DNA from: Fistulifera solaris
Taxonomy: Eukaryota
Assembly: GCA_030295235.1 (NCBI GenBank)
Contig: AP026128.1
Location: 682,001-746,000, forward strand
Direction: 5' to 3'
Length of the DNA stretch: 64,000 nucleotides
Part shown: positions 12,201 through 24,552 of the stretch, piece after piece
Position numbering within the stretch: the stretch's first letter is position 1
Layout: each line of letters begins with the position of its first letter
The notes under the pieces: generated by a model
The model's input: only the letters and a program-made list of their open reading frames with translations
Database searches by the model: none
What the model was told of the DNA's origin: nothing
Translations under genes and position numbers: made by a program

Positions 12201-15200
12201 CTGCTGATTCAATGGGAATTATTCGGACGTCCGATAGTGGATCTATGGCTCGGCGCTGGCGCTGACTATCGAATCGGGAAATCTTGTCTTGTCCATGTTA
12301 TTGTCCGAATCCTCTTGGAGGCGCATCGTTCAAGCTCGTCACTCATGATAGTGTCAGGCCCTGGTCATTCTGGACGACGAACAAGATCTTATTCTTTTAG
12401 TAAAGGAGATGAATTGCCATATCCCCGAGACATGTTGAAGTCGATAATAGCTCTTCTCTCCATCGAGAACGCTAGCGAGTTGGTGCGGTCCTTTGCTATT
12501 GCTGTTGTTAAAGGAGTTGTTGCTCAATCTTCATGGCAAGAACACGTTTACAAAAATCTGCCCCGTGAAGATAGGAGTGAGCTTTCTTTGTCGATTTTAA
12601 AATGCGTTGGCAATAGTGCCTTCATGGTGCCAGATGAGTTTTTCACGAATTTTCCGCTTGATTGCACTGACGTTTTGCATCTGGTAAACGTATCTAAGGC
12701 AAGTATGACTTCCCTCATATTGCTCGCCGACTTCATTCGGGTTAATGCGACCAGTTTGTTTGTCGGAGCCAATGCCAGCGAGCTTTGCAAATCACTTTTA
12801 ATGGTTCTTTCTGATCTTCACAAGGAGGACGTTTCAAATGGCAGAGAAGACCTCGACAGGATGGATTTCGCCCTATATTCAGTTCTTCGTGCAATCAATG
12901 AAGCCATTATTTCATCCAAAAGCTCAATACGTTTTGACAAAAGGATTTACAGACGCTCGCCAAATGTATCTCGACAATACTTGCCACTAATGAAGCTATT
13001 GATAGCCCTTCGTCCAGGACGAGATTGGCATCTCAGGAACTTTTAACGTCCATGTGCGGTTTATATCCTCTAGAGAGTGTCCCTCTACTCATTCCTGTCA
13101 TTCTCTCTGCTTTCGAGTCGTGCGAGCCAACGAACAAAAGCCAGGCAAAGGCAGAATCTGTTATCTAATTTGGTGCCAGTGTACATGCAGTGTGCAAGAT
13201 CAGCTAGAATGACTATGCATCAGTTGCTGGGAAAAGTAGTTCGCGTCATCCGCAAGATGAAAGAAAATGATCAAAAGCGCGTCTTTTATGAGTTATCGGA
13301 TGCAATTGCGACGCACTGTCAACACACCTCGGATAAACAATTTGTGGATACGAATGCCACAATTGGGACATTGGTGACGGAGTTCATCGCATGCGTTGTA
13401 CATTTCAAGGATGATAATGACGAATCACTCGATGCAGATGTCGTCGATTTATGTTTGGGTATGATTTCAAGGGTACCCGTAGTTGCACAAGCTAGTTCAT
13501 TACTCTTGTTGCTTCATTACGTCGAAGCACTTACTGCTGCCCTCCAGGGAGAGTCCATTGAATCAGACTTGATCCCAAGCGACGATACGATTCTACCTTT
13601 GGTGCTAGATATCTGCTCAGTTCCTCTCGGTCAAGGACACGATGAAAGAAATACATTTTTGAAAGTGGCTGTTGGTATTATGAGGACTATAAATGAAGCG
13701 CTGAATTTGCAATCGATTCGTAAGCTTCTTCGAAGAAATAACACGGAATCCTCCTTTTATCTCTGCAATTGTGGCAGAACGTGCTTTCCTTAGAAGCGAG
13801 ATTACATGGCTTGGGAACGGGTTTTGATGGACTACGGAGCTTACTATCGACATTAGTTGATGACTGTCGTGATTCAATGCAGGACATACTCCCAGTTCCT
13901 CTTTTCCTTGCTTCAACGATGTCGGTAATTAGAGAGGCTACTTCAGACCAGCTCCGTGTTAATGCTTTGCGCTTAATAGCTGAACGGTCATTGAACTTGG
14001 ATCCATCTTCAGCTGAATTCTCTCTGTTCCTAGACATTATCCCCGAGGTTTCTTCTCTCATCGGTATTGATAACACATCATCGTCTCCAACTCCAACAGG
14101 GGGCATTTATTCTCGTGGAACACCTTGCACGCGCTCTTCCCGCGAACTATTTCGGTGACAAAGAGAAAGAATTGTGTCAAAACAATTTCTCGAGCTCATG
14201 GCTCGATCGGTGCAAGCGGTCCAGGAACAATTGGCGATGATCACGAAGAATCGACATGAGTTTTCTACAATAGATGCATGTTGTTACTCGTCACTTTGCG
14301 GAGCTTCCTTGGTTCGAATACTGGGCCCCAAATGTTTACCTCTGCTTCCGAAGTTTGTCAAAGCCTTGAACAGTATTCTCGTGATATCAAATTCATTGTG
14401 CGACGAGCTCAAATCTAACATTGTCACAGAAATACGTTTATGTCAGTTGGCAACAATGCGGTCGATTTTGTGCATAACTGAAGCCGTTCCTCAATTTCTT
14501 CCGTCTTATCTCGGATCACTGCTGAAACCAGATAGTTTACTGGCACCCTGCCTCTACGATATCATGTCAGATGAGGCGGACTGTAGAACAGTGATTTCAA
14601 TCAGGGATCGCTTAAGAACAGCTTTATCCACGAAAATACCTCCACGATCCTTTGTTCCTGCGGCTTGCAAAGCCATGGGGGTTGTTCTTTACTAGCGAAA
14701 GTCGCTGTTTTATCCATGTTGAAACAGTCGGTTGAAGTAATGTCTCATTCAGAGTGCAGTGGTCAGGTCATTCCTATTTTTTCTGCGATCGTGAATGCAT
14801 TCGAGTCAAGTTTTTCTTGTGAGGATCGGTTAGATCTGATGCAGCCCGGGTGTGAATTATTCCTTGCAGTGACAATGAAGATTTCTGAAGTTCAGCTTCG
14901 TAAGCTATTCGTTTTGTTTAAGGAGTGGCGTGGAGACTTTAACGCAGAGGATCCGGAGACTGGAGCAGAGAAACGATATGCTTACTGGTTTGTTTGCAGT
15001 CATTTGAGCAAGGCGCTTAGAGGCATTTTCTTACCCTGTTTGACCATCACTTATACTGACGCGGTATCAGAGCTCGAAGTTGCTACTAAAGTTATGTGCA
15101 AGGCGACAGACGCTGAGAAGCGCGGAAACAAGCGAAGACGCGTAGAAGATCAAGGTGATTTGAAGTACGGAGTTGAGTCAATTCGGTCTTTGCAACCGCT

Positions 15201-15717
15201 TTGTCTCTGCCTCGAGTACGCGCTTACAGCAGATGCTCACCAGGGCGGAAACTGGGTTCGAGGTGATGACAATCAAAAATACGAATCGTTGCTCACTCCA
15301 CTAGGAAAACTTCTACAAGCTCGCGTCCCGATGGACTTTCCTTTAAAAACTCCGGACTCGAGCGGATTTCAATCCCTTGTCCTCGGTCCTGCACTTCAAT
15401 CAGGATCCGTTATTGGTTCCTTAAAAGCTCTCGCATGTGCAGGAGGTAACGAGCAGCTTTGGAAGCCTTTGAATCATGCCGTTTTAGAAGCATGTGGAAA
15501 CGAAACAAGAAATGAAGTCAAGAGGGCAGGTCTTACTTGCCTTTTGTCTCTTATTGAGTCTTTAGGAGATGAATATTTGGTCTTGATACCAGAGTGTTTA
15601 CCCGTTCTCTCAGAGCTACTTGAGGATTCCGACGAGGATGTGGCTGCTCTTGCGAAGGACATCGTGACTCTTGCGGAAGAGATGCTCGGAGAAAGCTTAG
15701 AAAGTAGCCTACGATAA
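9236..15717 (+). CDS. UTP10: U3 snoRNA-associated protein 10 / HEATR1, split over six ORFs by apparent frameshifts
   Basis: N-terminus MSLSTLQAQLAAL and VLEYLLRRYELH. BP28CT-type C-terminus: MKISEVQLRKLF...LWKPLNHAVL...LGDEYLVLIPECLPVLSELLED...LGESLESSL. Confidence 0.9.
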
Positions 15718-16030
15718 TTGCGGAAAAAAGCAAGACATAATCGCTAGCAAGTTAATGCTAACTAGGTCATTATTCAATGTCTACCTGCACATGCAAAGCT
15801 CAACCTCGACTGTGTCGATCAGACTAGCGAGCAGAGTATCAAAGACAAAGGATGTATCAGTAGAGCAGAAATGATCATCTAAAAACCATCCGAATGAGTC
15901 CCACAAATAGATGCCAACGCTAAGCCGTCTGTGTCACAAGAACAAATCCATCCATCGCTTTACGGAAAGTATTCAGACCCAATGCAACATTTCAAATCGA
16001 AACATATTCGGTCCCTTGCAGCGAGTCATG

Positions 16031-17031
16031 TCACGAAGAACTTTTGTTTCGTCGAATTTCAAATAAGAAAGCTTCCTTCTTTTCTTCGTCGCCATCGACT
16101 TTCACATATTTCCAAGATAAGCAATCCAATTCCCATCCCCGATGACGGACGGCACTTAAAATACCATTCACTGTTGTAAAAGAGCGCTTTCTTTGCGTAA
16201 ATCTCTACGTTGGAAGCTCATGAGAAAGGTTGCGTTGGGAGAAAAGTGAAACAAGCTGGCCACGGTATCCAAAAGCGCATCCAACATTGAAACGAGCCAC
16301 ACGCAATCACTGGCGACGATCAGATCTAAATAGTGTTGTTGTAATTCAGATAGCTGTTCTTGTACGGGTTTGGTCCAGTCCAAGGCAGTGGATCCGAGCC
16401 AGCCCCTTCCAATCGGCACTGGACACGACAACGCCAACCATTCGGGGCAAGGCGAGGATGGGGCATTGTTTTTGTTGCGCTGTTGATTGGGATATATTGC
16501 ATTCTCCACCAAGGTTGGTAGATCTGTCGCTAACACTTCTGCACCCTGCGCAGCGAAAGACGCACTTAGCAGACCCACACCCGATCCCAGCTCTATGATT
16601 CGACACGGTGCCGTCTCTTGCAGACGTCGCTGCCAATAAACAAGACGAGGAGGATCTTGATCCAGAGGCCAGATCAGGCTTTCTAATACAAGTCGCGCCC
16701 CCGCCCATATTTGAAACCCCGTTCGCCCCGCCAACGTGTATCCTTTATCGAAGAAGAAAGGGTCGACCGCCGCAGTGGCTTCTTCTAGCTCTTCGTTGCT
16801 AACAACCGGCTCTTGGTCGTTCAGGACACCCACCGAACGTCCTCGACAACTGAATTCGAGTCGATGATTCGGTGTGGTAGAGAAGAAGACAACCGACCCA
16901 ACTTCACCGCCTTCTTCCAAAATTTCTCCACATTGAAACGCGGGCGGCGAAGGGCGATATTTGGTGTCATCGAGGAGAAACGCATTCTTGGGCTCGGATG
17001 ACGCCTCTGTCTGTTTAGAGACATTCTCCAT
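16031..17031 (-). CDS. Class I SAM-dependent protein-lysine methyltransferase (METTL21/family-16-like); frameshift near 16180
   Basis: Motifs TGFQIWAGA, IIELGSGVGL, VLATD, LDW and IVASDCVW. Restoring one T near 16180 extends the frame (FTTVNGIL...FEIRRNKSSS) to a stop at 16031. Confidence 0.8.
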
Positions 17032-17340
17032 TATCAACAGGTTTAAATGCTACACAGAGCAACAAAAATCAAAGACTCTCAAAGCATCACAGCGCACGAT
17101 ACGACAATACATAGTAAGCGTAGCGTTTCTCGTCATGGCTTTTTGCGTCGTATTTCACAGCCGCTCCTAGCACCCGGATATTGCGCCATGACGTCTACAT
17201 CCATTTGTGGGTCTGATTGTCACAAATGACGATAACAACCCTGACAAAGAAGATAATTGGGTAACATAGATAATGCAAAAGAAAATAGTTTTGTGTTTTA
17301 AAACATCGAAAAGAAGAGAGAAGCAATGTTTTGAACATCT

Positions 17341-17400
17341 ACGTACATTTCACGTAGGCGTCCGTAGGGAAATTTATCGACAGAGGGAAACCCGGATATA
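17341..17400 (-). repeat. Solo core fragment of repeat family A
   Basis: CACGTAGGCGTCCGTAGGGAAATTTATCGACAGAGGGAAACCCGGA closely matches the reverse complement of the family A core CCGGGTTCCCCCTCTGTCGATAAATTTCCCTACGAGAGCTACGTG. Confidence 0.8.
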
Positions 17401-17602
17401 TTTAGTGTGTCAAACATTCAGCATGGTGTCAATGTCAATCCCAAACGAAAGTCAGTCACGAGTTATCACGTCAGAATGCAAAAAAACGCCGACGAACGAA
17501 AAAAATAATAATGATGAGTCACATCAGTTTCTCAGAAAACAGAAAACCATCAACAGCGATAGGTTGCAAGTTGCTACAAAGCACATACTTTAAACACAAA
17601 CA

Positions 17603-18226
17603 ATGAGAATTCAGGCTCTTGTTCTACCGGGTGCACTGGCCCTTGCGTCTGTTTCGGCTTTCGTCCCGAGCCCATCCGCCCGAAAGCACGTGCCATCGCT
17701 TTTAGCCACAACGAGTGACGATGTGATTAGTCCCAATGCCGCCATCAAGGTAGCAGCACAAGGAATGACTCTTCTGAAACCAATCTTCCAGCTAGAAGCC
17801 GAACTCCAAGCCGCCGCTCTCGGTGCTTTGGCCAAGGTCGACAAGGACGAAGTGGCCAAGGAAGTAGCCGATATCGTGAAAGCGAACAAGATTGTCATCT
17901 ACACGTATGCATTGAGTCCCTTTAGTACCGAGGCAATCTCTATTTTGGATTCTACCGGCTACGACTACAAGAATATTGAACTAGGACTCGAATGGTTTAC
18001 GTTGGGAGGGAAAGAGTCCGAAACCAGAGTCGCTTTATCAAAACAAGTCGACAACGGAGCCACCAGTTTGCCCAAAATATTCATCGGCGGAAAATGCATC
18101 GGTGGATATGCCGAACTGGCAGCACTGGTTGAGATTGGTGAATTAGAGGCTGTGCTTAAGAAAGCTGGAGCGAAAAAGAAGGGAGAGAAGGCTGGAGTCT
18201 TTGCCGGATTGCCTTTCGTGAAGTAG
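17603..18226 (+). CDS. Plastid-targeted glutaredoxin-like protein with an SPFS active site
   Basis: Signal peptide followed by VSA-FVP (ASAFAP-like). Grx fold: KIVIYTYALSPFSTEA...TSLPKIFIGGKCIGGYAEL. Confidence 0.8.
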   Translation: MRIQALVLPGALALASVSAFVPSPSARKHVPSLLATTSDDVISPNAAIKVAAQGMTLLKPIFQLEAELQAAALGALAKVDKDEVAKEVADIVKANKIVIYTYALSPFSTEAISILDSTGYDYKNIELGLEWFTLGGKESETRVALSKQVDNGATSLPKIFIGGKCIGGYAELAALVEIGELEAVLKKAGAKKKGEKAGVFAGLPFVK

Positions 18227-18317
18227 ATGAACACGGCTACTGTAACGTCGAAGTGACAGCTTAAGTTCTAGTTACGACAATCTTTTGTGCAAAGCTGATT
18301 AAAACTTTATTAACCCA

Positions 18318-20222
18318 TCAAATAACACTTTTGCCGTCCAAAGATTGAACGACACCATATACTTCCACAAGTCCTACTTGAAAGACGCTTTCGCTCTCGC
18401 CGTGCAAAGGTTCGTTCCCAAAACCTTCTGCAGTGCTGGATTCCGCTACAGTAAAGTCCTCGTTGAATCGCAATCCAGCTGATCCGTCGGAGTTGCCTCC
18501 CATACTGATGTAAGATTGTGTACTGACCATAAATTGCTCCAACAGAGCAGTAGCGTTGTTGCGACTGTAGTCGGTGTCATCCGAATGATCCAAATCCAGC
18601 AGTTTGGATGCGTCCATGTCAGAAGAAACCCGAGGACTCCACTTCCAACAACGCGGATCGGGCTGCACTCGAAACAAAAAGCAACTTCCGTCGCCGTATA
18701 CTTTGGGACTCGGTCGCCACGGCTGGGATGCGTAAAAGCCAACTATCGTCGTTTCTGCCATGGCCGAAGATAACACTTCGCACAACAGAATCGTGTGCTT
18801 CGCTCGCTGTACTCGATTGTAGAACATCTCCAGTGTTCGCCCGTGGCAATTTGTAGAAAACAATAAGTTCAAATTGACCATGCGTAATGTCAATGGCATC
18901 CATGCCGCTAAACTGAGTCTCACGGCTCGCGGCACCGCCAGAACAGGCTCAGGGACCGTTTCGTCAGGATCTAGCAAGAGAGGCGGTATTTGCAAACCCA
19001 GAGGCTCTGAAGGACTGTCAAACAACGATGCAGCCACTTCATCCTCTTCCTCTCCTATAAAAGTAGATTGCAGCGCGCGTTCTTCTTCCATTCGAATAAT
19101 GCGGCGCAAGATATGCCGTCGCGGAAATCGCATGGGTCGTCGCAAACCTGCGCGTCCATGAATTCCGTACGCTTTTCGGACGATCATGTCAAAGTTGAAC
19201 CTGGGACTTTGTGCCCATTGACGCATAAATCGCCACCATTCCTCCGCATTACTGATTGTCATTAATTGCTCCGCGGCATCCTTTTGAACAGAACCAACAA
19301 GGCCACCCCGAAGCGAAATAATACTTTCGATCCTTCGAGTGTGTAAACATCCATGATCCGACAACAAAACTGCAGCGGCAAGATTGTAGTGAAGAAGTGT
19401 CGAAACATGGGACTCAAGTCATCAAAGACCCCGCGATCGTCCAAGTACTCGGCGGTTTGCGGATGCAGCTTTTCCATGACGTCGCCAAACGCTTTGCCCC
19501 AGGCAATTTCTTCTATTTTCGATACGGGAAAATACGCATTGGGAGCGTGCGCCATTTCGCGAAGGGTGCAGAATGCGTACGATTCGGATTGAGCCGTCAA
19601 CAAAACAATCACCAAAAACGGTACTGAAGGCACCAGATCTATTAGACCTAACAATCGTTGCAGTGACATACACACGCGTTTGTGTGCTAATTTTCCGTAA
19701 ATGGTTGTACCCTCTGGATAGGTCATCGTTTTTAGGGGTTGAAAAGAAATATCCAGCCATAATTGTTGTACTCGTTCCTCCCTTTCTCTCCTCGTTTCAT
19801 CGTTAACCTTTTCTACATAAAGAATTTGATCCAGAATTCGGTCATACGCTTGTCCCAATGCTTCCGCCTTTTGTAACGTTCGATATTCGTGCCAATACTC
19901 CGCCGTCTCGCGGGGATGAACCGCTTGAAATACATTCGAAAGCCAGACTGCACATCGTAACGCCGGAGGGATGCCTTGCCGGATCACCTAATCGCACAGA
20001 GCCAAACTAAGCATCCTCCCCAAAAGAATGAAACAACAATACAAGAGGACTTACCCCTTTCAGTAAAAGCGTCGTCTCGGGTGTACCCCGAGGTCCTCGT
20101 AACAAAGGAGGACGATCGTTCCATGTCGGAGGAATGCGGGTCGGTAGTTCTTTCTCTGTCAACGTGTCGACACTGCCGATCACCAGATTGCGGAGACTGG
20201 GAGCATTGTCATCCAAATCCAT
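18318..20222 (-). CDS. Rab-GAP TBC + TLDc domain protein (TBC1D24-like architecture); intron 19988..20054; frameshift near 19285
   Basis: TBC motifs IRQGIPPALRCAVW and RIMDVYTLEGSKVLFRFGVALL. TLDc motifs LLFSTNCHGRTL, YGDGSCFLF, ISMGG, STAEGFGNEPL and VEVYG. A phase-0 GTAAGT...TAG intron joins exon 1. Confidence 0.85.
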
Positions 20223-20848
20223 TATTGTGGAGACTTCTATGAAATTCGATGTTATAATGAGATTTTTAAACAGTTGTTATCATCGACTTCGCATCGTCGT
20301 TGCAACAATCAAAAAATCCTCGCGTCGTCGCATTTGCAAAAATTCCCATTCACGACTGAAACGCAGTCGTGGCGAAAAACGGAGACACTTTGGGCTATAC
20401 TGGTAGTAAATACAATAGTAGCGATACACTATACTAGCAAGAAAGATTTAGTTCATCATTACATCGCTAATGCTCATCCATAAATGAGACTTTTCACTTT
20501 TCTCGTTAAAACGGGACGGCAAATCACAAAATCAATGCTTCTTTCTAGCAAAGAGACGGCTCGTTTACTAATTGAAAACGTATCCGCGATTTCTGCAATT
20601 TGGCCTTTAATGAAATCAATTACCAGTCTAGAATACGTTGAATAAAGTCTATCGCCTTTACTTGTTGAACTAAATCATATACCAACAATAGGTGTCGATG
20701 TAACGTTTTATGAGCCGAAGAAAAACAGTGGGAGAAGAATCATCTGCATCGAATTTGATGATCAAGCGCTTGCTCCTTTTGCGAGTGTGCAAGCAGTGTG
20801 GTTCAGTAATTTCAAATCCTCCAACCGGTGAAACATCATATATAAGTT

Positions 20849-21517
20849 CTAACCAATTCGCAAAATAATATGAAAGCCACTGTTGGTTTCAACAATGTTA
20901 CTCATCTCCCCAATTTGCAGAGCAAAGCTCGCCTTTTCAAATTCCGGCGTCATTTTCTTGGGCCCGAAAAATCCTAAATCCCCTCCACGTTTCGCGGAGC
21001 TGCAATCGCTCTCAGTCTTGGCAATCTCTTCGAACGTTGCTCTCAATTCGTCGGCATCCGAGGCCGACTCCAGCAAAATTTCTTGAAAGCCCTTCATTTC
21101 TTCCAACGCCTCTTCCTTGGTGATTGTAATGGTTGGCATCCTCCAAGAGCTCGGTCGACGACTGTCCTTGTGCTTACGCAGAATATGCAGTGTACGGACT
21201 TTCTGGGGCAGTTTCGCCTTCTTATTGGACGAGGGTATCTCGGGGGCAGCGTCTTCGCTCGCGGCTCGTTTTCGCGGTTGTTCCTCTGATGTCGGCAGTG
21301 CGGTCGTGGTGGCGGCTTGCGGCGCTTGCCATGTGGATTCCCCAGTTTCTTGATGATAGTAGTAATAACAGTCGGGTTGTGACCTCGATTCTTTCAAGAC
21401 CCATCCGGCGGGAAGCGGACGAGGTATGGGAGGAATCGCCCCCGGCGCCGTGATTTGTAGTGCAGCGTTTGCAACCGCTTCGACGGAGTGATCCGGAACA
21501 GCAGGGGCTTCTACCAT
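20849..21517 (-). CDS. PIN1: Pin1/Ess1 peptidyl-prolyl isomerase (WW + parvulin)
   Basis: WW domain LPAGWVLKESRSQPDCYYYYHQETGESTWQAP. Parvulin domain HILRKHKDSRRPSSWR...SDCSSAKRGGDLGFFG...FEKASFAL...SGFHII. Confidence 0.93.
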   Translation of the reverse strand: MVEAPAVPDHSVEAVANAALQITAPGAIPPIPRPLPAGWVLKESRSQPDCYYYYHQETGESTWQAPQAATTTALPTSEEQPRKRAASEDAAPEIPSSNKKAKLPQKVRTLHILRKHKDSRRPSSWRMPTITITKEEALEEMKGFQEILLESASDADELRATFEEIAKTESDCSSAKRGGDLGFFGPKKMTPEFEKASFALQIGEMSNIVETNSGFHIILRIG

Positions 21518-21754
21518 TGGATATGTTGTGTAAACGCGACAAAAAACAAACTTGGAGAGATTATTCAAATGGTAATTCGCCAGAATAATAATTATTCACA
21601 AGCAACGATCGATTTGATTGCCTTTCCTCTTTCCTCGTTCACCGCCAGCCGCGTTCATCTCTATTGTTCCTTGTTTGTTCAGTACGTACGGCGTACGCGA
21701 GAGTTAAGGGCTGATGGCTGATGTACCAGGTATCCAGAATTTCTGGAGGTATCA

Positions 21755-22790
21755 CGCAACGCTTTCAGTGTCTACGCGTAAATGTAGCCGCCGTGGGAAA
21801 TTTATCTCTGCAGGGGTACCCGGATATTGTGTTTTTCTCCATCCTCCAATTCTTGGATCTAAAGTGCCCAGATGTCAATGTTTCCATGTCCACCTTATTT
21901 GCTTAGTATCGGAAAGCAAAAATTGTCATCGATTCTAATAACAAAATGTTGATCGAACGAATGATGCAACGCTTCGAATGTCCACGTTATTTCACGTAGC
22001 TCTCGTGGGGAAATTTATCGACGGAGGAGAACGCGGATATTGTCTAATTTCGATCACACCATTGTTCGCCTCTTTTGGACACCAATGTCAACCATACATT
22101 GCCCAACATCGCTTATGCAAGTAATGAAACAATAATTGACTTTAATCAGACAGTGAATCATGAAGAAGTAAAAAAAAATAATATCAGGCTTGCTGTTTCT
22201 ACGCGTAAATTACGTAGCCGACGTAGGAAATTTATCTCTGCAGGGGTACCCGGATATTGTGTTTTTCTCCATCCTCCAATTCTTGGATCTAAAGTGCCCA
22301 GATGTCAATGTTTCCATGTCCACCTTATTTGCTTAGTATCGGAAAGCAAAAATTGTCATCGATTCTAATAACAAAATGTTGATCGAACGAATGATGCAAC
22401 GCTTCGAATGTCCACGTTATTTCACGTAGCTCTCGTAGAGAAATTTATCGACGGAGGAGAACGCGGATATTGTCTAATTTCGATCACACCATTGTTCGCC
22501 TCTTTTGGACACCAATGTCAACCATACATTGCCCAACATCGCAAATGCGTGCCAAGAATCAATATTCGACGAATATTCGACATCGAAGCATGAAACAGTA
22601 GAAGGATACAACGCCTCGTTTGTCTACGCGTATTATACGCAGCCACCGTAGGAATTTTATCGATGTAGGTAGCAGACTACTTTTTTCAATCATAGCGAGT
22701 AACGATTTTCGCCAACATCCAACTCTTTTATTATTTGCACAGACGTCAATGTTTTATTGCCCACCGTGTTAGCTTCTTACGGAGTACAAA
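21755..22790 (-). repeat. Tandem array, family A (diverged, inverted copy): ~427-bp unit, ~2.4 copies
   Basis: TCTACGCGTA occurs at 21771, 22198 and 22623. The reverse complement aligns by eye with the 7.7-8.9 kb unit (CGATGTTGGGCAA.GTAT.GTTGACATTG; GAGAGCTACGTGAA...ACGTGGACATTCGAAGCGTTGCATCATTCGTTC). Confidence 0.92.
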
Positions 22791-22898
22791 GTATAATGTT
22801 AGCGTTGGCTTTAAATGATATTGATTGTCAAGCATCCTGAGCTATGAAACTCAAACAGGGATCATTAAAAAGTGAGCCGCAAAAGCGTATGTTCATCG

Positions 22899-23721
22899 TC
22901 ACGACCCCGACAAAAGCCGATCCGCAGCTCGTTCGATGCTATTATTGGACGCTTGCAGTGCTTGAATCACTTGCGCACGAGGGAAGCCCATTCCCACAAG
23001 CTGTTCAACCGCAGCTTCTGGAGGTTCCGGCGGTGGCCGTTGCGTGGCCATTTGTGGTCGTGGTCCTCCAGTTCTCTGCGCTGCCATTCCAACCGTGGGG
23101 ACGACGGGAGGTGGAGCCTCTAGGAAGCGAGAACTGTAAGGAGAAACAAAAGTCACCACGGCATCCGGGAAATCGATTATGTTCTCCAGAAAATGACGGT
23201 ATATCACCCAAGCGAACATTCCCAGAACGGCTGCGACTATGCTATTTCTACCTTCGCTACCGGCAATCCATGCAAACCAAAGATATCCAATCGCCTTTTC
23301 AGAGAAAGTAAATCCCAAAATTTGTACAAAGCGAGGGTGAAGGCGCGGAGAGTACATATGAAACCAGACAAAGTACGCCCCCAGAAGAGGGTAGGGGCCC
23401 ATGTAGGGGTATTTCCCCATTACCAAAAGCTGCATGAAATGCTCCATTGCTATCACCAAAAGCTGTATAGCCAAAAGGATAGTTACGAACTTGCGCGAAC
23501 CAGTCTGACGTTCCAAGCCTCTCGACCAATACAGAAATAACGCAGTGCCTAAAAACGATTCACCCGACCCGGGACGGAAAATCCATTTATTGGTGTATAA
23601 TGTCAAGGATCGTTGAGCAGAAGCTTGTCGATACATAATGAGAGCAGTCACGGAACTTAGAGCCAGAAGTTTCGACGCGGGCGCCTTCAAACCACCCCGG
23701 CGATGGAGCAGCTCGTTGCAT
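22899..23721 (-). CDS. UBAC2/Dsc2-like rhomboid pseudoprotease with C-terminal UBA domain; frameshift near 23680
   Basis: TM region with LERQTGSRKF and GPYPLLGA...LGFTFSEK. UBA domain AVEQLVGMGFPRAQVIQALQASNNSIERAADRLL. The upstream ATG at 23721 gives MQRAAPSPGWFEGAP after a one-base correction. Confidence 0.8.
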
Positions 23722-24218
23722 GGTCGATGTCTTTGAATGCTTAACTCGTTAAGACGGCGCGGTGGTTACAGAAAAGCCTCCAGCAGGATCAGGTTATAAT
23801 AGAGTTTGATGAATTTTCTATGAAGGGTGAAACAAGAAAGATTAAGGAATCGATCAACATCAAAATGAAAATGAACATGAAAATGAAACGGCGCGACGGC
23901 GGACGCTTTTTATTCATCGCTCATCGCGTTAGTGTGTCGAATAAGGTTGGGGTACATTTGGTCACAGAGTGTGTGAGAGTAGATGTAAATGTCGCTACGA
24001 CGTCAAATTGTTATGTACAAACGTCCTCTCGGCATCGGAAAATTTTCCGCCGTTTTTCGCGTTGCACGTTGCAATGAGCAATGAGCATACTGTTGCACTT
24101 ATTGCACCGCATGTCGCGACAATAAATGCGCCATCATTGTGACTATATCGGTTGTTGATTTACTTACTACTCACCATATCGCTTTTTAAGAGAAACGAAT
24201 CATCTCCTCATTGTCTGC

Positions 24219-24552
24219 ATGTCGGCCATTTTCAATTTCAGCAGTCTCTTGACTGTTCTTTTGTTGCTCATCTGCACATGTGCCTATCTACGCGAGCTTC
24301 GGCCGGGAATTTTTGACCCTCCTCGAAAGGAAGGGGGAGGTACGTTTGGCAATACTCATGCTGAAATGATGAAATTTACATTGAACCGCCGAGACTCTAA
24401 CGATATCTATGACGAACGGCCGCGTAGACCAAAATAAAAGGGAAGGCCTAACAGGGTTCCTCTGGAAAATGAGTCGCATCGGAGAGCGGCTCAGTCCGTA
24501 CATCGGCTTGGGGTGTTTTATAATGGCGATCCATGTTTTATTCATTCAATGA
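24219..24552 (+). CDS. TMEM167: Protein kish (TMEM167/Ksh1); one intron ~24339..24427
   Basis: [25 protein letters not shown], then after a GTACGT...TAG intron [35 protein letters not shown]. Confidence 0.9.
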
